A DNA stretch of 64,000 nucleotides from assembly GCA_963764685.1 (NCBI GenBank), contig CAVXTT010000032.1:36472-100471 (forward strand). Reading direction: 5' to 3'. This DNA is from an uncultured Ignavibacteriales bacterium (GTDB taxonomy: Bacteria; Bacteroidota; Ignavibacteria; Ignavibacteriales; Ignavibacteriaceae). Positions 20,324 through 30,849 of this stretch are shown one piece after another. The translations under genes and the position numbers were made by a program. The notes below the pieces were generated by a model. That model searched no databases. It was not told the DNA's origin and was given only the letters and a program-made list of their open reading frames with translations. How positions within the stretch are numbered: position 1 is the stretch's first letter; every line of letters begins with the position of its first letter.

Positions 20324-20896
20324 TATACTTAACCTCTTATTAATAGAATAAGCCGGTATTCTATATCCCCGGTATTTGGATAGCAGTAGAAAAAAAATAG
20401 TTCTGCATATGAAACTTATACTTAATTGAAATAGATGTAAAGAAAAATCTTATTTGATATCAATACATAATTGTTATTCGATAATTAAATAAGATTAAAC
20501 TAAAGTTCTTAAATAAAGGAAGTGGTCAGCCTAAATTATGACGAAAATGAACTTTGGACAGTTATACATATAGGCAGTAATATAGGGTTAAATAAATATT
20601 TCTTGGATATTTTATAAAAATTTCGCCTTCCGCGGACGATGAACCTGCAATGCCCAAACGATGAGCAGACAGGTTATGGACTAAAAAGGTGTTTTTAGGC
20701 CGGGCACTGACCGTGCACTGTCCCGGCGCTGCCTGCGCACCCTTAAATTTTTTAGAAATCTCCGGCTAATTTTCTTTATTTAATCATCCAAATTTGCCTT
20801 ATAAATTGGGGAGATGGGCACTCCTTATTAAAGGTGTAAAAAGAAATATTTTTCATAAATTAGATGAACATTTATTCATAATTTCTAGCATTTACT

Positions 20897-22192
20897 ATGT
20901 ATAATAATCTTAAAAAAGACCAGCAGATTTTCGAAATATTGAACTCTGAAATTAAACGTCAGCAGGAAAAACTTGAGCTTATTGCCTCCGAAAACTTTGT
21001 CAGTACGGCGGTACTTGAAGCTGCAGGATCTGTATTAACAAATAAATATGCCGAAGGATATCCGGGTAAAAGATATTACGGCGGTTGCGAATTTGTAGAT
21101 ATGGCAGAAAATACTGCACGTGAAAGATTAAAAAAATTATTCGGTGCCGAATATGTTAACGTCCAGCCGCACAGCGGTTCACAGGCAAATATGGCAGTCT
21201 ATATGGCTGTGCTTAAACCGGGTGATAAAATATTAGGACTAAACCTGGCACACGGCGGTCATCTTACACATGGCTCACCGGTTAACTTTTCAGGTCAGTT
21301 ATATAGGGCAATCGGTTATTCATTGAACAGGGAAACAAGAACTCTTGATTATGATCAGATTGCAGATCTCGCTAAAAAAGAAAAACCAAGACTGATAGTT
21401 GCCGGAGCAAGTGCTTATCCCAGGGAATGGGATTATGCAAAATTCAGGGAGATCGCTGATTCTGTCGGTGCAATGTTTATGTGCGATATGGCTCATCCGG
21501 CAGGATTGATCGCAAAAGGTTTATTAAATAGTCCTCTCCCGTACTGCGATTTTGTAACCTCTACTACACACAAAACTCTCCGCGGTCCGCGAGGCGGAGT
21601 AATCCTTATCGGTAAGGATAAAGAAAATACAATGGGTATTAAAACTCCTAAAGGGGACAGGCTGAAGCTGATGTCTGAAATTATTGACAGTATGGTTATG
21701 CCCGGAATACAAGGCGGACCTTTAATGCATATTATAATGGCAAAGGCGGTTGCATTCGGGGAAGCGTTAGAAGATAATTTTAAAGTATATGTTCAGCAGG
21801 TAATTACAAATGCTAAGGCGCTTGCTCAAAGTTTGTGCGAATTTAATTTTAACCTCGTATCCGGGGGAACGGATAATCATCTTATGCTGATTGATTTGAG
21901 CAATAAGAATATAACCGGCAAGGCGGCTGAGAATGCTCTTGAGAAAGCAGGAATGACTGTCAATAAGAATATGGTTCCTTTTGATGAAAGAAGTCCTTTT
22001 GTTACCAGCGGTATCCGTGTAGGCACACCTGCTGTTACTACCAGGGGTATGAAGGAACCTGAGATGAAAAAGATAGCTGAATTTATAAACAGGGTTATTG
22101 CCGACCCTGAAAATCAGACCGTGCTTGACACAGTTAAAAAGGAAGTTAAAGAACTTTGTTCCGGTTTCCCATTATATAAAGATCTAAATTAA
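20897..22192 (+). CDS. glyA: serine hydroxymethyltransferase
   Basis: 431 aa. Motifs [20 protein letters not shown], and the PLP-lysine region [14 protein letters not shown]. Confidence 0.95.
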   Translation: MYNNLKKDQQIFEILNSEIKRQQEKLELIASENFVSTAVLEAAGSVLTNKYAEGYPGKRYYGGCEFVDMAENTARERLKKLFGAEYVNVQPHSGSQANMAVYMAVLKPGDKILGLNLAHGGHLTHGSPVNFSGQLYRAIGYSLNRETRTLDYDQIADLAKKEKPRLIVAGASAYPREWDYAKFREIADSVGAMFMCDMAHPAGLIAKGLLNSPLPYCDFVTSTTHKTLRGPRGGVILIGKDKENTMGIKTPKGDRLKLMSEIIDSMVMPGIQGGPLMHIIMAKAVAFGEALEDNFKVYVQQVITNAKALAQSLCEFNFNLVSGGTDNHLMLIDLSNKNITGKAAENALEKAGMTVNKNMVPFDERSPFVTSGIRVGTPAVTTRGMKEPEMKKIAEFINRVIADPENQTVLDTVKKEVKELCSGFPLYKDLN

Positions 22193-22196
22193 TTAA

Positions 22197-22958
22197 GTGC
22201 CAAGGTTCATAAAACAAATCAATTCGGATACGGCTCTTCCGGATGATGAAGTGGAGATGACATTCCTGGAACATCTTGAAGATCTCAGGTGGCGGATCAT
22301 CTATGCATTAATCGGACTTGTTGCAGGCACAATAATCTGCTGGATCTTTGTCGACTTCCTGGTTGATGTTATTCTTCTTAAGCCTGCCAAAGATTCAGGG
22401 GCAATACTTCAGAATCTGAAACCATTCGGACAATTATTTCTTTATATGCAGGTAGCCATTGCAGGCGGAATAATTATTAGCCTGCCTAATCTGTTTTACC
22501 AGTTCTGGAAGTTTGTCGCCCCGGCTTTAAGAAAGAGTGAAAGGAAATATGTACTCCTCATTGTGGTTTATTCCACAGGCTGTTTTTTGATAGGAATACT
22601 CTTTGCATATTTTGCAATGCTTCCGCTTACTTTAAGATTTGCTGCACAGTTCGGTTCGGAATCAATAAAGAATGAGTTTGCAATCGACGAATATTTATCC
22701 ATCATCTTCAGTGTAATGCTTGGTGCCGGAGTAGTATTTGAACTTCCTATGATCTCATTTTTTCTTACCAAGCTTGGAATACTTACTCCTGCCTTTATGA
22801 AAAAATACAGGAAGCACGCTATCGTTATCATACTGATACTGGCTGCGTTCCTTACACCGGGAACAGACCCGGTTTCACAGGTCATACTTGGAGTTCCTTT
22901 GGTTTTACTTTATGAAATAAGTATATTCATTTCTAAATTATCCCTGAAGAAAAGTTGA
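22197..22958 (+). CDS. tatC: twin-arginine translocase subunit TatC
   Basis: Conserved N-terminus MTFLEHLEDLRWRII begins at the in-frame ATG 22257, which is the likely true start. Six predicted TM segments. Confidence 0.88.
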   Translation: MPRFIKQINSDTALPDDEVEMTFLEHLEDLRWRIIYALIGLVAGTIICWIFVDFLVDVILLKPAKDSGAILQNLKPFGQLFLYMQVAIAGGIIISLPNLFYQFWKFVAPALRKSERKYVLLIVVYSTGCFLIGILFAYFAMLPLTLRFAAQFGSESIKNEFAIDEYLSIIFSVMLGAGVVFELPMISFFLTKLGILTPAFMKKYRKHAIVIILILAAFLTPGTDPVSQVILGVPLVLLYEISIFISKLSLKKS

Positions 22959-23935
22959 TCAAACCACAATTATCAGATATCAGCAATCCGATAAAAGAGG
23001 AGCTCACTAAATTCCAGCTGCTGTTTAACCAATCTATGAAATCCGGTGTTGGACTGGTCGATCTTATTGCACGGTATGTTATACGTCAGAAAGGAAAGAA
23101 GATCAGACCACTGCTTGTGCTTTTAGCAGCAAATGTTGCCGGTGAAATTACTGAAAGAACTTACAGGGGTGCAGTACTGGTCGAGCTGCTGCATACGGCT
23201 ACTCTTATTCACGATGATGTTGTAGATAATGCCGATAAACGACGTGGTTTCTGGTCGGTAAATGCTGTATTTAAAAATAAAGCCTCTGTGCTTATGGGAG
23301 ATTATCTGCTGTCGCGGGGCTTGTTGATTGCTGTCGACGGAGGGGACTTCGATTTCCTTGGTGTAATCACTGATACTGTTAAAAGAATGTCAGAAGGGGA
23401 ACTTCTGCAGATACAGAAAACAAGAAAGCTTGATATCGACGAAGAGACTTACTTCAGAATTATTTCTGATAAGACTGCCTCACTCCTGGGTACGTGCTGC
23501 CAGATCGGTTCCTTAAGTACTTCAGATAAAGTTGAGTACAGGACTGCAATGAGAACATTTGGTGAAACATTGGGACTCGCATTCCAGATAAGGGATGACA
23601 TTCTTGATTACGAAGGAAGTTCTAAAATTATCGGCAAGCCGGTTGGCGGGGACATAAAAGAAAAGAAAATTACACTCCCCCTGATACATTCTCTAAAACA
23701 GGTATCGGGCTCCGAGGCTTCACAAATTAAGCGTATCATAAAAAATGGTTCCGGCAGTAAGGACGTTAAAAAAGTTATAGAATTTGTCAGGAATAACAAC
23801 GGTATTGATTATGCACTGCAGAAAGCAAATGAATATTCTGTTAAAGCAAAGGAAGCATTAACAATATTCCCTTCTTCACAAAGCCGCATTGCACTTGAAG
23901 CTCTAGTTGATTTTGTAATTGACCGAAAGAATTAA
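22955..23935 (+). CDS. long-chain polyprenyl diphosphate synthase
   Basis: Both DDxxD motifs are present (LIHDDVVDNADKRRG and FQIRDDILDY). TTG start overlaps the tatC stop. Confidence 0.88.
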   Translation: MIKPQLSDISNPIKEELTKFQLLFNQSMKSGVGLVDLIARYVIRQKGKKIRPLLVLLAANVAGEITERTYRGAVLVELLHTATLIHDDVVDNADKRRGFWSVNAVFKNKASVLMGDYLLSRGLLIAVDGGDFDFLGVITDTVKRMSEGELLQIQKTRKLDIDEETYFRIISDKTASLLGTCCQIGSLSTSDKVEYRTAMRTFGETLGLAFQIRDDILDYEGSSKIIGKPVGGDIKEKKITLPLIHSLKQVSGSEASQIKRIIKNGSGSKDVKKVIEFVRNNNGIDYALQKANEYSVKAKEALTIFPSSQSRIALEALVDFVIDRKN

Positions 23936-23946
23936 ATCATTTTAAG

Positions 23947-24709
23947 ATGAAAAAATATCTTCAACGCCCCCTGGTAAAGAAAATATTATTATATCTTGCC
24001 GCACTGTTTCTTCTTATAATCATATTCGATCAGTTTATTTTTCCCTGGTATGTGAGCTCTCCCGAAACCAAGGTTCCCAAAGTTACCGGATTGAAACTCG
24101 AGGATGCAATATTTCTGCTGGAGAATGCTGATCTTGAACCTGTTGTAGGGGATACTACATATGATGCAAAATATCCTCTCGGCACAGTTGTTATACAAAA
24201 ACCCACTGCCGGACATTTGGTAAAAGAGGGCCGCCGTGTTTATGTATTCATCAGCGGCGGTGATCCTGTGGTAAGGGTACCCAATTTAAAAGGCAGATCT
24301 CTCAGGGATGCCAAGTTTTCACTCGAACGGCTGGGATTAAAAATCGGCTACATAGATGAATCTGCTTCTGAAAATCCCAAGGGATATGATCTTCGATCAG
24401 CAGTATGCTGAAGGGACTCCTTTAAAGAAAGGAGAAGCTGTCGGAATTTCCATAAGTATAGGACAGGCTAATCAGGGAGAAATAATTGTTCCCGACCTGA
24501 TTGGCAAATCATTATCCGAGGCGCAGGAGATTCTGGCTGACAGTACTCTTAAGGTTGGCAAGATAAATTACCAGAGATCTTTTTCAATTCTTCCAAACAC
24601 CGTCCTTGATCAGTATCCGAGTAAAGGAACCAGGCTAAACAGCGGGGAGGCAGTTGATCTGTTCGTTACCCAGGCTGCTGAAAAAGGGAAGGATATCATT
24701 AAGGAATAA
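23947..24709 (+). pseudogene. membrane-anchored triple-PASTA domain protein, frame interrupted
   Basis: N-terminal TM helix, then three PASTA-like repeats (KVPKVTGLKLEDAIFLL..., VRVPNLKGRSLRDAKFSL..., IIVPDLIGKSLSEAQEIL...). ORFs 23947..24411 and 24356..24709 join across a break near 24375-24385. Confidence 0.75.
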
Positions 24710-24710
24710 A

Positions 24711-25368
24711 ATGAAACTTCTCGCACCTTCAATATTATCTGCAGATCTTTCAGAACTGAAAAAAGAGATACTTACTGTTCAGGATGCTGGCGCAGACTGG
24801 ATACATTGTGATATTATGGACGGACATTTTGTTCCGAATATTACTTTTGGTCCTATCCTTGTTAAGGCAGCAAAAAAAGTTACGTCACTACCGCTTGATG
24901 TCCACCTGATGATAAAAAATCCCGACCGCTATATCGATGATTTCATTAAAGCGGGTGCTGCCTATGTAACCGTACATTTTGAAGAAGTAGTTCATTTAAA
25001 CAGAACAATTGCGGCAATTAAAAGCAGCGGAGCAAAAGCCGGGAGTTGCAATAAATCCTTCTACACCTGTTAATTTCCTCAAAGAAGTTGCCGGAGATAT
25101 TGATCTTCTGCTTATTATGTCTGTCAATCCGGGATTCGGAGGACAATCATTTATTCCCGGTTCACTAAGAAAGATAAAAGAAGCTGTTGAGTTAAGAAAG
25201 CAAACCGGCGGTAAGTTTCTTATAGAAGTTGACGGCGGTGTAAGCATTGAAACTGCAGCAGCAATTAAACAAGCTGGCTGCGATGTATTTGTGGCAGGAT
25301 CTTCTGTATTTCACGCATCAAGTATTTCCGGTGCTGTAAAAGAATTAAAAAAGATTATTTCGGCTTAA
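24711..25368 (+). pseudogene. rpe: ribulose-phosphate 3-epimerase, frame interrupted
   Basis: MKLLAPSILSADLSEL..., HCDIMDGHFVPN, DVHLM, MSVNPGFGGQSFIP. The frames join if the G3 run at 25041-25043 is one base shorter (...SGAKAGVAINPSTP...). Confidence 0.9.
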
Positions 25369-25426
25369 CTTGCCGGATCTGAAGTTCAGAGCTTTTACTT
25401 TATAACCACAATTCCCCTGGGGTTCG

Positions 25427-25795
25427 ATGATGAAGATAAATTCCGCCAGAATACTTGTATGGCTTCCCAGGATTATAACAATCCTTTTTGCTCTATTCCT
25501 TTCTCTCTTTGCACTTGATGTTTTTTCAGAAAAAACAGATATCCTTGAAACATTCCTTAGATTCCTGGTTCACCTTATCCCATCATTTCTAATTATTATC
25601 CTCCTTATACTATCCTGGGAACGGGAATGGGTCGGTGCCGTTTTCTTTACCATGCTGGGAATATTCCGGCTCATTACAACCAACAGTAAATTTCCTGTAT
25701 CTGTTGAACTGGTGATCGCAGGTCCTTTATTTCTTATAGGTCTCCTTTTTTTCATCAACTGGATAAGAAGAATCCGTAAAGGGAAAGAGGTATAA
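25427..25795 (+). CDS. small integral membrane protein, unknown function
   Basis: 122 aa with about four hydrophobic helices. No recognised motif. Confidence 0.5.
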   Translation: MMKINSARILVWLPRIITILFALFLSLFALDVFSEKTDILETFLRFLVHLIPSFLIIILLILSWEREWVGAVFFTMLGIFRLITTNSKFPVSVELVIAGPLFLIGLLFFINWIRRIRKGKEV

Positions 25796-26344
25796 ATGGA
25801 TGAGTACATATTTCTTGATAAATCTAAACCACCAGGTGAAATTGAGCTGAATGAAAAAGCCCCTCTTAGTAATAATATTCTTAATAAGATAAAAAATTAT
25901 CTTACAAGCCGTAATATTTCTGTAACCGAAGAATGGAAATATTACAGCAAAAAGACAGGATGGACAAAAAAGATTTTAATGAACAAACGTAACCTGCTAT
26001 TCTTTACCCCCTGCATATCGGGACCAAACATTTCTTTTGTATTTGGTGATAAAGCAGTACTGGAAATAAATAACAGTAAGCTGCCTCAGAAAATAAAGGA
26101 TGAAATAACCAGTGCAAAGAAATATGCAGAGGGAAGGGGATTGAGACTGCAGCCCAGAACTAGGGCAGATGTCAAAACTATTATTGCACTATTAGAAATA
26201 AAAATCAGGATAATCGTAAATTATCCCGATCTCATCTTAATTCACTGTTACCATTCTGTTCAGAATTTTTCTGGACCCAATTCTATGTATCTTTACTTAC
26301 AGAATTTCATCCTGCCTATGTTAGTCAATCCCGGTCGCATTTAA
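25796..26344 (+). CDS. DUF3788-like protein
   Basis: The pattern WKYYSKKTGWTKKILMNKRNLLFFTP...FVFGDKAV recalls DUF3788, from memory. The last ~45 codons look non-conserved, so the real stop may be earlier or the frame perturbed. Confidence 0.45.
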   Translation: MDEYIFLDKSKPPGEIELNEKAPLSNNILNKIKNYLTSRNISVTEEWKYYSKKTGWTKKILMNKRNLLFFTPCISGPNISFVFGDKAVLEINNSKLPQKIKDEITSAKKYAEGRGLRLQPRTRADVKTIIALLEIKIRIIVNYPDLILIHCYHSVQNFSGPNSMYLYLQNFILPMLVNPGRI

Positions 26345-26765
26345 TCCCGGCAGGTCATATATTTATAAATATAATTTAGATTTTTACAGGACAATTCTTG
26401 AAGACCCAGGTTATATGTCTTGATTCCTCCGAAATAATTAGCTTTTATACGGTTAAGTACGGATTTGTGATATAGTTATGCAGTCGCATGGAGAGCTCGG
26501 AGTTGAGCTAAGGGATGTTCCGGAACTCCTTGATGAATATCCTGGTCTCGGAGATCCCGGGAAAGAAAGCCTTAAGTGATCCATTTTCCTTATGGTAACC
26601 GGATCTCATGCAAATGCTTAGGTAAACATTGCTGAAAAGTATCGGCAGTCAATTAATAAATCAGCCGGAAATGATATATTAAAAGCACTCGCCAATTATG
26701 CTCTTTATGATAATATTGGTTATACTATTGCAGGGAGGGAATTTAATTTCACCGGCTGCTATGTA

Positions 26766-27536
26766 ATGGGTATTCTGAATGTCACACCTGATTCCTTTTC
26801 CGACGGCGGCAGGTATTTTGACAAGCAGACTGCTGTATCGCGGGCAATGGAAATGATTGATGAAGGAGCAGATATTATCGATATAGGAGGTGAATCAACC
26901 AGACCAGGTGCAAATCCTGTTTCGGAAGAGGATGAATTGAACAGAGTGCTTCCTGTGATCGATAAAATATTAAATGCAAAACCTGATGCTGTAATTTCAG
27001 TCGATACAACTAAGAGCAAAGTAGCGGATGAAGCTTTAGAAGCAGGATCGGCTATAATAAATGATATAAGCGGACTGGTATTCGATAACAAAATAGCTGA
27101 AATTGCGGCTAAGCATAATGCAGCTCTTGTTGTTATGCATATAAAAGGTACGCCCCGGGAGATGCAGAGAAATCCAAATTATGTGGATGTAGTCAGCGAA
27201 GTGTATGATCATCTTTATATACAAACTGAACTGGCAAAGTCAGCCGGTGTGAATAAAATAATTATTGATCCCGGCATCGGGTTCGGCAAAAAGTTAGAGC
27301 ATAATTTCGAATTGATTAAAAGACTAAAGGATTTTAAGTCATTGGGTTATCCCATCCTGATCGGCATCTCAAGAAAGTCCTTTATAGGAAGTTTTCTTGA
27401 ACTGGGAACTGACGAAAGGGATGCCGCATCTTCAATAGCAGACACCCTTGCAGTAATGAATGGTGCAAAAATTATAAGAACACATAATGTAAAGAACGGA
27501 AGTGCAGTTAAAAAATTAGTGAGCCGGTTAAACTGA
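26766..27536 (+). CDS. folP: dihydropteroate synthase
   Basis: MGILNVTPDSFSDGG, DIGGESTRPG, INDISG and the pterin-binding domain. The frame is open 48 codons upstream without a start. The probable true start is ATG 26608, one frame off (see findings). Confidence 0.9.
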   Translation: MGILNVTPDSFSDGGRYFDKQTAVSRAMEMIDEGADIIDIGGESTRPGANPVSEEDELNRVLPVIDKILNAKPDAVISVDTTKSKVADEALEAGSAIINDISGLVFDNKIAEIAAKHNAALVVMHIKGTPREMQRNPNYVDVVSEVYDHLYIQTELAKSAGVNKIIIDPGIGFGKKLEHNFELIKRLKDFKSLGYPILIGISRKSFIGSFLELGTDERDAASSIADTLAVMNGAKIIRTHNVKNGSAVKKLVSRLN

Positions 27537-27537
27537 G

Positions 27538-28353
27538 ATGTTTGAACTTTTTAAAATAGGATTTCTGACAGTTACTTTTATTGATCTGATCGACATCTCT
27601 ATAGTCGCATTGATAATATATAAGCTTTATTCGGTACTGCGGGGGACGATAGCCTCGCAGATATTTGCAGGACTAATGATAATCCTATTGTTATCCTTTG
27701 TCTCCCAGGCAGCAAATTTCAGGGCACTCAGCTGGCTGCTTAAACTGGTTACAGACATTTGGGTAATCGCATTCCTGATTTTATTTCAGCCCGAGATAAG
27801 AAGATTACTCGTTATAGTTGCCAGAAACCCGGTTATTAAATTATTTATGAAAGCTGAACCTGCCCATTCGGCTTATACAATTACGGATGCAGCTTTCGAG
27901 CTTTCACAAAAACAACACGGCGCACTTATCATAGTAATTAAATCTTCCGGCATAAGGGGTTATGCTGAAACCGGAGATATTCTGAATGCCAGATTGACAA
28001 AAGATCTTTTAACTTCCATTTTCTTCCCCCGTTCGCCTCTGCATGATGGAGCAGTGATAGTAAAGAATAACATAATTGAAGCTGCCAGGTGTACTCTGCC
28101 TTTATCGTCTACAACAATGATAAATGGTGAGTCGCTCGGGATGAGACATCGTGCCGGTCTGGGAATTTCCGAACAGGCAAATGTAATCAGTGTAATAGTA
28201 TCTGAGGAAACAGGAAGCATCTCGGTTGCAGAGGACGGGATATTAACCAAAGGTTTATCAAAGGATGCCTTGCGAAAGCGGCTATCAGGCGCATTCAGGA
28301 ACGCCCAGGTTAAAGGATGGAGAAGTGTAATTGATCCTTACATAAAGGAATAA
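27538..28353 (+). CDS. cdaA: diadenylate cyclase CdaA (c-di-AMP synthase)
   Basis: Three N-terminal TM helices plus a DAC domain (HGALIVI, LHDGAVIV, RHRAGLGISEQANVISVIVSEETG). Confidence 0.88.
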   Translation: MFELFKIGFLTVTFIDLIDISIVALIIYKLYSVLRGTIASQIFAGLMIILLLSFVSQAANFRALSWLLKLVTDIWVIAFLILFQPEIRRLLVIVARNPVIKLFMKAEPAHSAYTITDAAFELSQKQHGALIIVIKSSGIRGYAETGDILNARLTKDLLTSIFFPRSPLHDGAVIVKNNIIEAARCTLPLSSTTMINGESLGMRHRAGLGISEQANVISVIVSEETGSISVAEDGILTKGLSKDALRKRLSGAFRNAQVKGWRSVIDPYIKE

Positions 28354-28391
28354 ATTATCCTGGATATTAAAATTAAACCGTCGGTATTAAT

Positions 28392-29068
28392 ATGAAAATA
28401 AAATATTTCTCACACTCTGCTTTTTCGATCACCGCAAAAGGCAAAACAATATTGATTGATCCTTTCCTGGACGACAATCCTACTTCTCCTGTTAAATCTG
28501 CCGATGTTTCTGCAGATTATATAATTCTTACTCACGCTCACAGTGATCATATCGGGGATGCATTTAAGATTGCAAAAAGAACAGGCTCAACATTCATATG
28601 CGTAAATGAGCTGGCCAATTATTGTGCCTCTAAAGGTTTCAAAGCACATAATATGCATATCGGCGGGAGCACATAATTTTGACTTCGGAAGAGTAAAGTT
28701 TACAATTGCGCACCACGGTTCAAAGACTCCCGATAATCAATATGCCGGAGAGCCCGCCGGAGTTCTTATTACCTCTGAAGGAAAAACTGTATATCATACC
28801 GGGGATACCGGCCTTTTTTATGATATGAAACTTATCGGCGAAATGAATAAAATTGATCTGATGCTGCTTCCTATAGGAGATAATTTTACTATGGGAATTG
28901 ATGATGCAGTAAAAGCTGTAGAGTTTGTTAATCCGGCACTGGCGATCCCAATGCATTATAATACATTCCCGGCTAATTAATGCAGATCCTGAATTATTCA
29001 AAAAGAAAATATCTGAAAAAGGATTGAAAGCAAGGGTGCTGTCATTTGGTGAAGAATTCATCTTATAG
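28392..29068 (+). pseudogene. metal-dependent hydrolase, UPF0173/MBL-fold family, frame interrupted twice
   Basis: MKIKYFSHSAFSI..., THAHSDHIGDA. Three frame segments: 28392..28676, 28606..28980, and a tail ...NADPELFKKKISEKGLKARVLSFGEEFIL ending at 29068. Confidence 0.75.
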
Positions 29069-29148
29069 CATCTATTGAATTAAAGGAATAAATAGTATTT
29101 TTAGCATCACTATCTTAATAACAGCGAAAAATATTCAGCATAAATCCG

Positions 29149-29918
29149 ATGGCTAAGGTAATCTCCATAGCGAACCAGAAGGGGGGAGTAGGAAAGACAA
29201 CTACTACGATTAACCTTTCCTCATTGCTTGCTGCTGCAGAGAAAAAAACACTGCTGGTAGATATTGATCCGCAGGCAAATTCTTCGTCCGGATTAAGCAT
29301 AGTGAATCATTCACCGTCGGTTTACGAAGTACTGATCGGTACAAATAATATTAGAGAATCTATCATAGATTCATATATGCCGTTTCTTGATCTGCTTCCT
29401 TCAAATATAAATCTTGTTGGAGCAGAAATAGAAATGGTGGATCTCCCTCACAGAGAAGGACTGTTTAAAGACAGCACTTAGTGAAATAAGAGAACAATAT
29501 GAGTTTGTTCTTATTGATTGTCCTCCTTCGCTTAGGGTTATTAACACTGAATGCTCTTGCAGCATCTGATTCTGTTTTGATTCCTGTCCAGTGCGAATAC
29601 TTTGCACTTGAGGGTTTGGGACAGCTGCTTAATACTATCAATATTGTAAAGCAGCATTTTAACCCTAATCTTTCTATTGAAGGAGTTCTTCTTACAATGT
29701 TCGATACCCGTTTAAGGCTATCGCACCAGGTGGCGGAAGAAGTAAATAAATTTTTTGGAGAGAAAGTATTTAAAACAATTATTCACAGGAATGTAAGGAT
29801 TTCGGAAGCCCCGAGCTTTGGCAAGCCGGTAATTTTATATGACGCTATTTCTTCCGGCGCAAGAAATTATATGGCACTTGCTTCCGAATTACTGGAAAGA
29901 AATAACAGCAAAAAATGA
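29149..29918 (+). pseudogene. parA: chromosome partitioning ATPase ParA/Soj, frame interrupted twice
   Basis: Walker [12 protein letters not shown], plus [12 protein letters not shown] in a third frame and [26 protein letters not shown]. Breaks lie near 29465 and 29530. Confidence 0.88.
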
Positions 29919-30849
29919 GTAAAATTAAACCTGGTCTGGGACAGAGGCCTGGATGCATTAATTACACAGCATCCATATGACAGCGAAACATCTCAGGATG
30001 AAAAAGACCGATAAAGATTCGTTAAGTCTTATTAACGTACTGACGAACATTCCCGTTGATATAATAAAGCCAAATCCTTACCAGCCAAGGAAGAATTTTG
30101 ATGTTGAAGCGATGGAAGAATTAAAAAAATCCATCCTCTCAAACGGACTTATTCAGCCAATTACAGTAAGAAGAGCCGACAACGGTTCCTATGAATTAAT
30201 ATCAGGCGAAAGAAGATTAAAAGCGTTTTTAGAGATCGGGTATAAAGATATTCCGGCATACATTATCCAGGTTGATACCGAAGAGGGGATGCTGGCAATG
30301 GCTTTAATTGAAAATATACAGCGCGAGAAGCTTAATCCTGTTGAAGTGGGACAGGCTTATAAAAGACTAATGGAGGAATGCCATCTTACACAGGAACAGA
30401 TAGCCGACCGGGTAGGAAAAGACAGAACTACAGTAGCAAATACCATAAGACTCCTGAAACTGCCTCCTGAAGTACAGGAAGCGCTGATTAAAGAAGAAAT
30501 TACTTCAGGACATGCAAGGGCTTTAATAAATCTTCCTTATGCTCATCTGCAGGTTGATATGCTTCAGAAAATTAAGGAATCAAATCTTTCCGTCAGGAAA
30601 GTAGAGCAGCTCGTAAAAAAATATTTAAAACAGCCGGACGTAAAGAAAACTCTCACATTTACGAGAGATAATGCCTCATCTGCATCACTAAATGATTTTG
30701 AAGATAAACTGAGGAAGATATTCGGAACTAAAGTTATGTGCAGGCAGAAAAGCAATGGTCAGGGCGAAATAATTATAGAATTCTATTCCAAAGATGAGTT
30801 AGAACGGTTATATGAATTATTCCAGATCATTGATAAGTCATATAATTAA
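29915..30849 (+). pseudogene. parB: chromosome partitioning protein ParB/Spo0J, frame interrupted twice near the 5' end
   Basis: ATG 29915 overlaps the parA stop (ATGA). MSKIKPGLG, then RGLDALITQ, then IKPNPYQPRK lie in three successive frames. ISGERRLKA and the HTH region are intact in ORF 29977..30849. Confidence 0.88.

Noticed and set aside
20623-20753. ZTP (pfl), glycine, THF or cobalamin riboswitch upstream of glyA.
   Set aside because: By eye the island lacks the conserved cores as I recall them. These are GGGTCGTGACTGGCG plus CCGCCTGGGCA with pseudoknot complementarity for ZTP, the glycine GGAGAG...CACCG motifs, and the B12 box GCCACTG. It is kept only as an unclassified structured element.
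26577-26621. In-frame TGA (26577) and TAG (26619) upstream of folP as evidence of stop-codon reassignment.
   Set aside because: TAA, TAG and TGA all terminate well-conserved genes at the expected positions throughout the window. A one-base indel explains the folP case.
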